From NCBI GenBank assembly GCA_963704725.1, contig OY969934.1, forward strand, positions 352,001-416,000: a stretch of 64,000 nucleotides of DNA. Direction: 5' to 3'. The DNA comes from an uncultured Actinomycetes bacterium. Lineage in GTDB: Bacteria > Actinomycetota > UBA4738 > HRBIN12. Made by a program: the position numbers and the translations under genes. This document shows positions 19,577-30,184 of the stretch, one piece after another. The notes beneath the pieces were generated by a model that had not been told where the DNA came from, ran no database searches, and saw nothing but the letters and a program-made list of their open reading frames with translations. The stretch's first letter is position 1, and each line of letters starts with the position of its first letter.

Positions 19577-20077
19577 ATGACCAACCCGAAAGATTCGCTC
19601 TGCGAGCGCCACCGCGAGTTCGTCCCGCTGATCGCCGCCGTCGAGAGGGTCGAGGACTCGACGGAGGAGGGTCCGGTGCTCCGCGCCGAGGCGGTCGGCC
19701 TGCACGAGGCCTTCGCCCACGGTCTGATCCCGCACGCGGTCGGCGAGGGCCGAACGATCTTCCCGGTGCTGCGCGAGATCACGGGCTCCAACCGCGAGTC
19801 CACCGACATGACGAACGAGCACCGCGAGATCGCCCGGCTGACCGACGAGCTCGAGCGGATCACCGACGAGCTCGAGCGATCCGGCGCCGTGGGCGTCAAC
19901 GACCGGGCCCTGCGCTCGACCCTGCACCAGCTCCGAACCGCGGTGCAGGAGCACTTCGAGCAGGAGGAGGCGCTCTGCTTCCGGATCCTCAGCAGCGAGC
20001 TCGACCCGGAGGAGGGGCGGAGCCTCTACGAGGCGATGGAGCAGGCCGCCTCCGACCTCCGGAACGCGTACGAGTAG
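19577..20077 (+). CDS. Hemerythrin/HHE cation-binding domain protein
   Basis: ERHREF, PHAVGEGRTIFP, NEHREI, EHFEQEEALCF. Confidence 0.8.
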   Translation: MTNPKDSLCERHREFVPLIAAVERVEDSTEEGPVLRAEAVGLHEAFAHGLIPHAVGEGRTIFPVLREITGSNRESTDMTNEHREIARLTDELERITDELERSGAVGVNDRALRSTLHQLRTAVQEHFEQEEALCFRILSSELDPEEGRSLYEAMEQAASDLRNAYE

Positions 20078-20080
20078 CGG

Positions 20081-20683
20081 CTACGAGTAGAACTCGATGA
20101 TCAGCCGCTCGTCGACCTGGACGGGCAGGGGGATCTCGGTCCGCTCCGGGTAGCGCGAGAGCGTCCCCTGGAACTCGTCCTTGTTCCGGTACAGGTACGG
20201 GGGCGGGTCCGGGGTGAGCGCCAGCGCCTCGTGCACGTAGACGAAGTTCTTCGCCTTGTCCGAGAGCTCGATCGTGGCCCCCGGCTTGACCTGCGCGCTC
20301 GGCACGTCGAGGCGCCGGCCGTTCACGCGCACGTGCCCGTGGCTCACGAGCTGGCGCGCCTGGCGCTGCGTCAGGGCGAAGCCCAAGCGCAACACCACGG
20401 CGTCCAGTCGCGTCTCGAGCTGGCGGATCAACTCCTCGCCGGTGACGCCCGTCTTGCGGCTGGCGTGGTCGTAGTAGACGCGCATCTGGCGCTCGCCGAC
20501 CCCGTAGATCGCGCGGAGCTTCTGCTTCTCGACCAGCCGCACGTTGTACTCGGAGATGCGCTTGCGCCCCCGGCCGTGCTGGCCCGGCGGGTAGGGTCGC
20601 TTGCCAGACGGGCAGTTGGGGCGGCCACACAGTGGCTGCCCGACCCGACGGCACATCCGATGACGAGGCCCGAACTTGTTCAT
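20081..20683 (-). CDS. rpsD: 30S ribosomal protein S4, stand-alone copy
   Basis: PYPPGQHG, SEYNVRLVEKQKLRAIYG, LETRLDAVV, ARQLVSHGHV.VNG, LIIEFYS. Confidence 0.96.
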   Translation of the reverse strand: MNKFGPRHRMCRRVGQPLCGRPNCPSGKRPYPPGQHGRGRKRISEYNVRLVEKQKLRAIYGVGERQMRVYYDHASRKTGVTGEELIRQLETRLDAVVLRLGFALTQRQARQLVSHGHVRVNGRRLDVPSAQVKPGATIELSDKAKNFVYVHEALALTPDPPPYLYRNKDEFQGTLSRYPERTEIPLPVQVDERLIIEFYS

Positions 20684-20755
20684 GGGAGCACCTCAGGGTA
20701 CCAACGCGGACTGCATCCCGACATCGGGCCGCGCACCCCGTAGCATCCCGCGCCG

Positions 20756-21676
20756 ATGGATCTCGCGGATCGGGTGGTGGGCGGGTGCCTCGGGCTCGCG
20801 CTCGGGGACGCGCTCGGGGCCCCCTTCGAGTTCCTGAGGGCCCGCAACGTCCCGAGCCCGGTCCCGGCGCTCGAGCGGCCGTGGCTCGACCGCCCGCCGG
20901 GCTCGACCACCGACGACACGGCCCTGGCCAGGAACCTCATGCGGAGCCTGGCCGAGCGCGGCGGGTTCGATCCCGGCGACCTCGTGGAGCGCCATCTGGC
21001 CTGGTACCGGAGCGATCCCCCCGACGTCGGCACGATCACCGGCCGGGTCCTGCGCCGGGTCGACCGGGGTGAGGACGCGTCCGCCGTGGCCCGCGACGTC
21101 TGGGAGCAGCGCGGCCCCGAGGTCTCGGCCGGCAACGGGTCGGTGATGTACTGCGCCCCGCTCGGGTTCGCCTACGCCCACCGTCCCGAGGAGCTGTTCG
21201 AGCTCGCGCCCGCACTCTCGGCCCTCACGCACTACGACGGCCGGTGCCGGACCGCGGTCCTCGCGGTGACGCTGGCCGCCGCGGCGCTCGTCCGAGGCGA
21301 ACGAGCCGAGGCCGCCGCCCGCTCGGCGCTCGACGCCGTGCTGCCGCTCGAGGGTGGAGAGGAGCTCGAGTACCTCGTCGACGCCGCCGGGAGCCCCCGC
21401 CCGATCGACGGTCCGGACCAGGGGTTCTGCCTGTTCACGGCGGGGCTCGCGTTCCAGGCCCTGACCCGCGACACGGGCTTCGAGGCCGAGCTCCGGCGGG
21501 TGGTCTCGCTCGGCGGCGACACGGACACCAACGCCGCGGTGGCCGGCGCCCTGCTCGGCGCCCGCGACGGGATCGGCGCCCTGCCGAGGGCGTGGCTCGC
21601 GCGCCTCCTCGACGCCGACACCATCCGAGCCGAAGCCGAGGTCCTCGTTCCGCTCGCTCGAGCCGCTACCGCGTGA
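20756..21676 (+). CDS. ADP-ribosylglycohydrolase (DraG/ARH family)
   Basis: GLALGDALGAPFEF, TDDT, GNGSVM, THYD, GGDTDTNAAVAGALLGA. Confidence 0.93.
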   Translation: MDLADRVVGGCLGLALGDALGAPFEFLRARNVPSPVPALERPWLDRPPGSTTDDTALARNLMRSLAERGGFDPGDLVERHLAWYRSDPPDVGTITGRVLRRVDRGEDASAVARDVWEQRGPEVSAGNGSVMYCAPLGFAYAHRPEELFELAPALSALTHYDGRCRTAVLAVTLAAAALVRGERAEAAARSALDAVLPLEGGEELEYLVDAAGSPRPIDGPDQGFCLFTAGLAFQALTRDTGFEAELRRVVSLGGDTDTNAAVAGALLGARDGIGALPRAWLARLLDADTIRAEAEVLVPLARAATA

Positions 21677-23798
21677 CCGGTTCCGGCGCGTACACGCGCT
21701 CGAGGTACTCGCGGAGCATCCGGTCGGAGCCGAACATCGGCGGGATCGTGCGGAGCGAACGCTTCACCATGGCCACCCAGGCGCGCGGGATCCCGGCGCC
21801 GTCGCGGTCGTGGAACGTCGGCAGCAGCTCACGCTCGATCAGGTCGAACAGCGTTGCGGTGTCCCGGTCGTCCTGGGCCTCGGGATCGGGGGCGGGCGAC
21901 CCGTCGCCGATCACCCAGCCGTTGGTCCCGTCGTGGGCCTCGGCCCACCACCCGTCGGGGACCGAGAGGTTCAGGCCGCCGTTCAGCGCGGACTTCATCC
22001 CGCTCGTGCCGCTCGCCTCCATCGGGGGGCGGGGAAGGTTCACCCAGACGTCGCACCCGGCGACGAGGTTCAGGGCGACGCCTAGGTCGTAGTCCTCGAT
22101 GAAGGCGATCCTCGGGGCGACGGTCGGCGCCCACGGGCTTCGGATCAGCCCCGACAGGGCGGCCTTGGCCTCGTCGTCGCGGGGATGCGCCTTGCCGGCG
22201 ATGACGAACTGCACGGAATCGGGCTTGCCGAGCAGCGCCTCCAGGCGCTCGGGGTGCCGGAACAGCAGATGGAGCCGCTTGTACGTGGCCACGCGCCGGG
22301 CGAAGCCGAGCGTCAGCCGATCGGGGTCGAACGCCTGGGCGCCGACCTCGACGTTGGTGGGGTCCTCGTTGCGGCCCAGCCGTCCCGCCGCGTCCGCCTC
22401 GCGGACGTACTCGACGAGGCGGGCGCGGAGCATCGTCCGCGTCTCCCACAGCTCCTCGTCCGAGATGCCCTCGACGGCCCGCCACGTCTCGGGCTCATCG
22501 GCCCGATGCCGCCATCCCGGGCGGAGGTGGTGGTCGAGCAGCTCCCGCACCGGCTCGGCCATCCACGTGGGCAGGTGCACGCCGTTGGTCACGTGGCCGA
22601 TCGGGACCTGGTCGTCCGACTCGACGTCGAACAGCGGACGCCACATCGTCCGCGCGACCTTGCCGTGGAGCCGGCTCACCGCGTTCGAGCTCCTCGAGAG
22701 CCGAAGCGCTAGCGACGTCATCCCCACCGAGTCCTCGCCGAGGATGGCCCCGAGGCGCCGCAGCCGCTCGGGCTCGATGAGCCCGTCGAGCACCTCGAGG
22801 ACCACGTCCGGGTCGTGGCTCTCGTTCCCGGCCGCCACCGGGGTGTGCGTCGTGAAGACCGTCTTCGCTCTCGCGCGGGCCAGGGCCTCGTCCTCCGACG
22901 CGCCGGTCTCGCGCTCGCTCGCCGCGAGCTCGAGCGGGGCGAACGCGCCGTGGCCCTCGTTCACGTGGATCACCGAGGGCTCGATGCCCATGGCCCGGAG
23001 CGCCTTCATGCCGCCGACCCCGAGCATCGCGTACTGCTCCAGCCGCACCGTGCGATCGCCCACGTACAGGCGGGCGGTGATCCAGCGCTCCGCGATGCCG
23101 TTGTCGGCGCGGTTCGCGTCCAGCAGGTACAGCGGCACGCGCCCCACCTGGACCCGCCAGATCTGCGTGCGGACGATGCGGCCGCGGATCGGGACGTCCA
23201 CGACGAGCGGCGACCCGTCCTGCCCGCTCACGAGCACGAGCGGCAGGCGGTCCGGCTCGGTCTCGATCCAGTAGTCGTGTTGCCATCCCGTCGCGTCGAG
23301 CCGCTGGTGGTAGCCCCCCTTCGAGTACAGGATCCCCACGCCCACCATGGGGATCCGCAGGTCCGACGCGCCCTTCAGGATGTCGCCGGCCAGGACCCCC
23401 AGGCCGCCGCTGTAGATCGGGAGTGACCGATGGACCCCGAACTCGGCGCAGACGAAGGCGACCGGGCGCTCTCGCGAGACCTCGCCCCGGGAGACGTACG
23501 CGGCGGCGAAGTCCGCCTCCATGACCTCCATGAGCGCGGCGGCAGCGGCGTGGACGTCGTGGTCGCGGGCGATCTCCTCGAGCTGGCGCGGCGGGAGCTG
23601 GCCGAGCAGCCGGATCGGGTTGCCGCGGCAGCGCTCGTGGCGGAGGGGGTCCAGGCTCCGGAACAGCTCCTCGCCCCCCGGCGTCCACGACCAGCGGTAG
23701 TTGTAGGCGACCCGCGCCAGCGGCCACAGGCGCTCGGGCAATCGGTCCGCGAGATCGTCGACCGCGCGCTCGAGATCCTCCGTCCCGTCACGGTTCAT
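21666..23798 (-). CDS. glgP: Alpha-glucan (glycogen/maltodextrin) phosphorylase
   Basis: YSGGLGVLAGD, NEGH, FTTHTP, FARRVATYKR, AGKAHP, EASGTSGMK PLP-lysine motif. Confidence 0.95.
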   Translation of the reverse strand: MNRDGTEDLERAVDDLADRLPERLWPLARVAYNYRWSWTPGGEELFRSLDPLRHERCRGNPIRLLGQLPPRQLEEIARDHDVHAAAAALMEVMEADFAAAYVSRGEVSRERPVAFVCAEFGVHRSLPIYSGGLGVLAGDILKGASDLRIPMVGVGILYSKGGYHQRLDATGWQHDYWIETEPDRLPLVLVSGQDGSPLVVDVPIRGRIVRTQIWRVQVGRVPLYLLDANRADNGIAERWITARLYVGDRTVRLEQYAMLGVGGMKALRAMGIEPSVIHVNEGHGAFAPLELAASERETGASEDEALARARAKTVFTTHTPVAAGNESHDPDVVLEVLDGLIEPERLRRLGAILGEDSVGMTSLALRLSRSSNAVSRLHGKVARTMWRPLFDVESDDQVPIGHVTNGVHLPTWMAEPVRELLDHHLRPGWRHRADEPETWRAVEGISDEELWETRTMLRARLVEYVREADAAGRLGRNEDPTNVEVGAQAFDPDRLTLGFARRVATYKRLHLLFRHPERLEALLGKPDSVQFVIAGKAHPRDDEAKAALSGLIRSPWAPTVAPRIAFIEDYDLGVALNLVAGCDVWVNLPRPPMEASGTSGMKSALNGGLNLSVPDGWWAEAHDGTNGWVIGDGSPAPDPEAQDDRDTATLFDLIERELLPTFHDRDGAGIPRAWVAMVKRSLRTIPPMFGSDRMLREYLERVYAPEPVTR

Positions 23799-23853
23799 GA
23801 GGCCACATCCTACGGCGCTGCCCATTCGCCGCCGTAGCAGGCAGAATGGCCCG

Positions 23854-26800
23854 GTGAGCGAGCGGGAGCCGTCGGCGATGCGCGAGGAGCGCAAGGTGGT
23901 GACGGCGATGTTCGCCGACCTCGTCGGGTCGACCGCGCTGGCCGAGCGCCTCGATCCCGAGGACCTCAAGCTCGTCGTGAACGACGCCATCACCCGCGTG
24001 ATCGGCGCCGTCGAGGCCTTCGGGGGAACGGTCAAGGATCTCGCCGGCGACGGGGTCCTGGCCCTGTTCGGGGCTCCGCAGTCCCACGAGGACGACCCCG
24101 AGCGCGCCACCCGCGCCGCCCTGCAGGCGACCCAGGAGATCGTCGCCTACGCCAGGGACGTCGAGCAGGCCTTCGGCGTCCAGGGCTTCGGCGTCCGGGT
24201 GGGGGTCGCCACCGGCCCCGTCGTCGTGGGGGCCGTCGGCGCCGGCAGCCGCGTCGAGTACGGGGCGCTCGGGGACGCCGTGAACCTCGCGGCCCGGCTG
24301 CAGTCCGCGGCGGATCCCGGGACCGTCCTCGTCGGCTCGCACACCCGCCGCCGGATCGCGCTCCTGTTCGACTGGAGCGAGCCGATGGAGCTCGCGCTCA
24401 AGGGCAGGGCCGAGCCCGTCACCGCGTACCGGCTCGAGGGCGTTCGCGCCGGGCCGGGCGGCCCCCGCGCGGCCGGCCCGGCGCAGACGCGACTCGTCGG
24501 TCGCGAGCGCGAGCTGGCCGAGGCGCGGACGGCGGTCGACGCGGCGCTCGCGGGCTCGGGCCGGATCCTGTTCGTGACGGGCGAGCCGGGGATCGGCAAG
24601 AGCCGGCTGCTGGCCGAGCTCCGCCAGCTCGTGGAGGGCGCCAGCCCGGCGCACGGCCGGGCCCTGTGGGTCGAGGGCCGGTGCGTCTCCTACGGCGAGT
24701 CGATGCCGTACTGGCCGTTCCGGGATCTCCTTCGGTCCTGGCTCGGCGTCCTGGCGGACGAGCCGGAGCTCCGGGTGCGCGTGGCGCTTCGCCGGAGCGT
24801 CTCGCGGCTGTTCGGCGACCGCGTCCTCGAGGTCTACCCCTACCTCGGCGCGATGCTCGGCCTGTCGCTCGAGCCCGACGCGAACGACCGACTCGAGGAG
24901 CTTTCGCCGGAGGCGCTGCAGTACCGGACGTTCGAGGTGCTCCGGGCCCTGGTCGTGCGCCTGGCCCAGGACGGACCCGTCACGGTCGCCCTCGAGGACC
25001 TGCACTGGGCCGACGCCACCTCGCTCCAGCTCCTTGAGCGGCTCCTCGTCGACACGGAGGTGTCGGCCCTGCTCCTCGTGCTGACCAGCCGCCCCGAGCG
25101 CGACCATCACTCCTGGCGGGTCAAGGAGGCGGCCGCACGCGAGCTTCCCCACCGCACCCGCGAGATCGCGCTCGACGCGCTCTCGGGCGACGCCGGACGG
25201 GAGCTCCTGCGCGCCCTCGTCGGCGGGGCCGCCCTGCCCGCGGAGATGGAGCGCCGCATCCTCGAGCCGGCCGAGGGCAACCCGTTCTTCCTCGAGGAGA
25301 TCGTCCGGTCCCTCGTCGACGTCGGCGCGCTCGTCCGCGAGCCGCAGGTCTGGCGATTCGACCACGCGGTCGACGTCCAGATCCCACCGACCGTCGAGAA
25401 GGTCATCCTCACCCGCATCGACCGCCTCGCCCCGGGCCCCCACGAGGCGCTCATGGCGGCGTCGGTGCTGGGGCGGCAGTTCGGGCTGCCGCTGCTCGAG
25501 GCCGTCACCGGGGGGAACGGGTCGGTCGAGCGCTCGCTGAGCGAGCTGCAGCGGCTCGACCTCCTCCGCGAGAGCCGCAGGTGGCCGGAGCCGGAGTTCC
25601 GCTTCAAGCACGCGCTGATCCAGGAGGCGGCGTATCGCACCCTCGTGGTGCGCGGAGCGGACGAGGCTGCACCGCAAGGCCGCGGAGTGGCTCGAGGCGT
25701 CGTACGCCGGTCGCGACCACGAGGTGGCGGGGCTCCTGGCCCACCACTGGCTGGCCGCCGAGGACGAGGACAAGGCCGTCACCTACCTGACGAGGGCGGG
25801 CGACCGCGCCCGGCTGGACTACGCCCTCGACGAGGCGATCGGCCACTACCGGGAGCTGCTGCCGATCCTGGAGCGCCGCGGCGAACGCGGGGAGGTCGCG
25901 CTGGTGCTGTTCAAGCTCGCGCTGGCCCTGCACGTGTCCCTGCGGTTCGAGGAGGCGAACGAGACCTACCAGCGGGCCTTCGAGTTCTGGACGCCGCCGG
26001 AGTCCTCACCCGCCCCGCCGACGGCGACCCTGCGCGTGGCCACCAGCTTCCTGCCCAACGACCCCGACCCCCGGTCGGCGATCGCCTGGCCGAACATCCA
26101 GCTCTGCATGCAGCTCTTCGACCGCCTCGTCGAGGCGTGGCCCGAGCGGACCATCGTCCCCTTGCTGGCCGAGCGGTGGGAGATCTCGCCCGACGGGCTG
26201 CGATACGTCTTCCATCTGCGGGAGGGCGTCCGATGGTCGGACGGGACGCCGCTCACGGCGCGCGACGTCGAGTTCGGCATCAAGCGCGTGCTGGATCCCG
26301 ACGTGCCCGGGTCCTCCGTCGCGATCTACTTCGTCCTGGAGAACGGTCAGGACTACTACCTGCGTCGCAACGACGATGCGGACGCGATCGGCGTCCGGGC
26401 GCTCGACGACCGGACCGTGGAGTTCCGGCTCGCTGCGCCCGCCCCGTACTTCATGAGCGTCATGAACCGCCCCGACGGCGGTCCCCAGCCCCGCCACGCC
26501 ATCGAGCGCCACGGCGACGCGTGGGTCGACCCGGCCGTGCAGGTCGTGAGCGGGCCCTTCCGGGTGGCCGCGAAGGGGGACGACGTCTTGGTCCTCGAGC
26601 GGCGCGCGGACTACGGTCGCGCGCGGCCGGGCAACGCGGCGCGGATCGAGCTTGTCCGGACCGGGATCGCGGACGCGGTCGAGCCGTACGGGCGCGACGA
26701 GCTCGACCTCGTCACCGTCCGCTACACGCCCAGACTGGCGGATCTCGTCCCGGAGGTCGCCCGCGACGCGTCGCCGGGGCCGGCGGCGTGGTCGGCGTAC

Positions 26801-27520
26801 CTCGCGTTCGACCACTCCGATCCCGTGCTCGCCAACGTCGAATTCCGGCGTGCGCTGGCCCACGCCGTCGATCGGGAGGAATTCGAGCGGACGGCGCCGG
26901 AGAACCTCGTCGTCGCGCGGGGCGGGATCGTCCCGCCGGCGCTCCAGGGACACACGCCGGACATCGCCCTGTCGTTCGATCCCGACGAGGCGCGTGCGTG
27001 CCTCGAGCGGTCCGGCGTGGGCTCGGCGCGGATCACGGTGGGCGCGTACGCCCCGTGGGCCCACCCCTTCCTCGAGCCGCTCGTCCGCATGTGGCACGAC
27101 GTGCTCGGTCTCGACGTCGGCATCCGGCGCTGGACCGTCGAGCAGGGGTACGCGGTCCCCAAGCTCACCGATATCTCCGGCACCTACGTGACGGGGTGGC
27201 TTCCGGGCTACGCCGATCCCGAGTACTTCCTCCGCCTGCTGTTCCAGTCGGACAGCCGGACGAACGAGGGCGGGTTCTCGCACCCGCCGTTCGACGAGCT
27301 CATCGAGCGAGCCCGCCAGGAGCGCAGCGATCGCGCCCGCCTGGAGCTGTTCCACGAGGCCGACCGGATGGCCGTGACCGAGCGGGTCGCCGTCATCCCC
27401 CTCGCGTACGGGCGCAGCATGGCCTTCGTCAAGCCGTGGGTTCAGGGATGGTGGGAGTTCGGCAAGTCCTCCGCGAGCTTCGCCGACCTGCGGATCGACC
27501 CGTCGTCGCCTCGCGCCTAG
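23854..27520 (+). CDS. Class III nucleotidyl cyclase + AAA/STAND-type ATPase + TPR-like region + family-5 solute-binding domain fusion; frameshift near 25655
   Basis: FADLVGST, GDGVLALFG, GDAVNLAARL; GEPGIGKS, EDLHWAD, GNPFF, FKHALIQEAAY / ERTRLHRKAAEWLE; then LAERWEISPDG..Y.FHLREGVRWSDG.PLTA.DV, SGPF, FRRALAHAVDR, W.PGYADP. Confidence 0.85.
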
Positions 27521-28533
27521 CCCGGCTTCTCGGCATGACCGCCGAACTGCCGCCGGAGCGCCGACAGGACCTTGTTGGCGAACTCCGACTCGCTCCGCGA
27601 CTCGAACCGGTCGTACAGCGCCGCCGAGAGCACGTGGACGGGGACGCCCTCGTCGACCGCGGCCAGGACCGTCCACCGCCCCTCGCCCGAGTCCGACACG
27701 CGGCCGCCGAAGCCCTCGAGCTCCGGGTCCTCGAGCATCGCCGCCGCGGTGAGGTCGAGCAGCCAGGAGGCGATCACGCTCCCGCGCCGCCACACCTCCG
27801 CGATCTCGGGCAGGTCGAGGTCGTAGCGGTAGTACCGGGGGTCCCGCAGCGGCGTCGTCTCCGCGTCGGCCTCGCGCTCGGTGGCGCCGGCGCCGGCGTG
27901 CCGGAGCACGTTCAGGCCCTCGGCGTACGCCGCCATGAGCCCGTACTCGATGCCGTTGTGGACCATCTTCACGAAATGGCCGGCGCCGGCGGGGCCGCAG
28001 TGAAGGTATCCCGCCTCGGCCGTCGAGGCGTTGGCGTCGGTCCGGCCGAGCGTCCTCGAGGCGGCGTCGACGCCCGGCGCGAGGGCCGCGAAGATCGGGT
28101 CGAGGCGGGCCACGACGTCGTCCTCGCCGCCGATCATCATGCAGAACCCGCGCTCCAGCCCGAAGACGCCGCCGCTCACCCCGACGTCCACGAAGCGCAC
28201 GCCTCGCTTCCCGTACCGCTCGGCCCGGTCGACGTCGTCCCGGTAGTACGAGTTGCCCCCGTCGATCACCACATCGCCCGGCTCCATGAGCTCGGCGAGG
28301 CGGTCCGTCGTGGTCTCGGCGAAGGCGGCCGGCACCATGACCCAGGCCGCCCTGGGCGGTGAGAGCTTCTGGACCAACTCCTCGATCGAGCCCGCCCCGG
28401 TGGCCCCCTCGCGCTCGAGCAGCCGGACCGCGTCCTCGTTCACGTCGTACGCCACGACCTCGTGACCGTGGCGTACCAGACGGCGCGTCAGATTGGCGCC
28501 CATCCGGCCGAGGCCGACCATCCCGAGCTGCAT
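27517..28533 (-). CDS. gnd: Decarboxylating 6-phosphogluconate dehydrogenase (short NAD-type)
   Basis: GMVGLGRMG, IDGGNS, DVGVSGG, GHFVKMVHNGIEYG, DSGEGRW, RRQFGGH. Confidence 0.95.
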   Translation of the reverse strand: MQLGMVGLGRMGANLTRRLVRHGHEVVAYDVNEDAVRLLEREGATGAGSIEELVQKLSPPRAAWVMVPAAFAETTTDRLAELMEPGDVVIDGGNSYYRDDVDRAERYGKRGVRFVDVGVSGGVFGLERGFCMMIGGEDDVVARLDPIFAALAPGVDAASRTLGRTDANASTAEAGYLHCGPAGAGHFVKMVHNGIEYGLMAAYAEGLNVLRHAGAGATEREADAETTPLRDPRYYRYDLDLPEIAEVWRRGSVIASWLLDLTAAAMLEDPELEGFGGRVSDSGEGRWTVLAAVDEGVPVHVLSAALYDRFESRSESEFANKVLSALRRQFGGHAEKPG

Positions 28534-30071
28534 CAGACCACCTCCATCAGAGAGTCGAGCGTGACGCGCGCCACCCGCCGGCCGCGCGCCCGCAGCGAGC
28601 GCAGGTCGCCCGCGGCCTGCGCGTCGATCAGCGTGCCGAACGAGTAGGGCTGTCCCGGGATCGCCACGTCCGTTTCACGGTCCGCGTCGACGACCTGCAC
28701 GAACACGCCGTCGTTCGCGCCACCCTTGTGGAGCTGGCCGGTCGAGTGCAGGAACCGCGGCCCGAACCCCACGGTGGTGGCCACGCGGTGCCGGTCGCGG
28801 ATCGCCGTTCGCGCCCGCTGCAGCGCGTCCTCGGTCTCGGACGTGCGGTCGAGGTACGCCATGATCGCCACGTAGTCGCCGGCGCCGGCCTGCTCCAGGA
28901 GCGCGCGCGGGTCGTCGAACCCCGGGTCCTCGGGCCGCCCTGCCAACAGGATCTGCCGCGTGGCGTCCTTGGCCTCCTGGACGTTCGGCTGGTCGAACGG
29001 GTTGATCTCGAGCACGTGGCCGGCCACCGCCGTCGCCAGCTCCCACCGGAAGAGCTCGCCGCCGAGCTTCCCGACGTCGTCGAGCTCGAGTCGGACGACC
29101 GGATGGCCCGCGCCCTCCAGGGCGTCGAGGCCGTCGTGCGCTCCCACGGCCACGAACACGCGGTCGTCTCCGTACGCGTCGGGGTCCGCGAGCGGCTCGC
29201 CCACGACCGGCACCACGCCGCGGTCCTGCTTGCCGGTGGACTCGGCCACGAGCTGCTCGACCCAGTCCCCCAGCGCGGCGACGTCCTCCGGCAGCACGAG
29301 CGTGAGCTTGTCCCGCCCCGCCCGCGCCGTCTCGCCGATCGCGGCGCCCAGCACCGCGCCGGGGTTCTCCGCCGACGGGGCGACGAGCTCGCAGGCCCGG
29401 CGCATCTCGGCGGCCCCGTCGAGCAGCTCGTGCAGCGGGGCCCCGATGAGGGCGCCCGGCACGAGCCCGAAGTAGGACAGCGCCGAGTACCGGCCGCCGA
29501 TGTCCGGGGGGTTGGCGAACACGGGCCGGAAGCCCCGCTCCGTCGCCAGGTCCTCGAGCGGCGTCCCCGGGTCCGTGATGGCGACGAAGCGACCGCCGTC
29601 CGGCACCAGCTCCCAGAAGTGCGCCAGGTGGGACCGGGTCTCCGTGGTCGTGCCCGACTTGCTCGCGACGACGAACAGCGTCGCGTCGAGGTCCAGCTCC
29701 GCGGTGACGCGCCGCACGGTCTCCGGATGCGTCGTGTCGAGGACCACGAGCTCGAGGGCGCCGTCGGCCGCCCCGAACGTCGACCTCAGCATCTCGGGGG
29801 CGAGCGAGGACCCGCCCATCCCGAGCAAGACCGCCGTCCGGAGCCCGTCCTCGGCCGCGCGGCCGGAGAAGGCCTCCAGCTCGTCGATCCGCTCCCGCAT
29901 CGGGTCGAGGACGCTCAACCACCCCAGGCGGTCGGCGATCTCGGTGGGATCGTCCTTCCACACGGTGTGATCCCGGGCCCAGATCCGCTCGACGATCCGG
30001 CCACGGTCCATCGCGGCGAGGCGCTCGGAGACCGAGCCCGGCATGGCCGCGAGCCGCGGCATCAGGTCCAC
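28533..30071 (-). CDS. pgi: Glucose-6-phosphate isomerase (Tal-Pgi type, without the transaldolase half)
   Basis: RLGWL, LGMGGSSLAP, ASKSGTTTE, IGGRYSALS, EQLVAESTGK, NPFDQPNVQEAK, GPRFLHSTGQLHKGG. Confidence 0.9.
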   Translation of the reverse strand: MDLMPRLAAMPGSVSERLAAMDRGRIVERIWARDHTVWKDDPTEIADRLGWLSVLDPMRERIDELEAFSGRAAEDGLRTAVLLGMGGSSLAPEMLRSTFGAADGALELVVLDTTHPETVRRVTAELDLDATLFVVASKSGTTTETRSHLAHFWELVPDGGRFVAITDPGTPLEDLATERGFRPVFANPPDIGGRYSALSYFGLVPGALIGAPLHELLDGAAEMRRACELVAPSAENPGAVLGAAIGETARAGRDKLTLVLPEDVAALGDWVEQLVAESTGKQDRGVVPVVGEPLADPDAYGDDRVFVAVGAHDGLDALEGAGHPVVRLELDDVGKLGGELFRWELATAVAGHVLEINPFDQPNVQEAKDATRQILLAGRPEDPGFDDPRALLEQAGAGDYVAIMAYLDRTSETEDALQRARTAIRDRHRVATTVGFGPRFLHSTGQLHKGGANDGVFVQVVDADRETDVAIPGQPYSFGTLIDAQAAGDLRSLRARGRRVARVTLDSLMEVV

Positions 30072-30184
30072 GGGGTTCGCCTCCTTCCTCGTCGGGCCGC
30101 CCGGTGGCGAGTCGCCTCGAGCCGTGTAACGCTGCCGTCCGCCAAGCGTACTCATCGCCGGGACGACCACGAGGGAGCCACGCC

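Noticed and set aside
20756-21676. ADP-ribosylhydrolase as immunity to the putative ART toxin
   Set aside because: It lies about 13 kb away with host-like GC, and the toxin has its own coupled downstream gene
23854-27520. Pycsar or Avs-type anti-phage system
   Set aside because: No adjacent cNMP-gated TM/TIR effector or nuclease; the context is metabolic rather than a defence island
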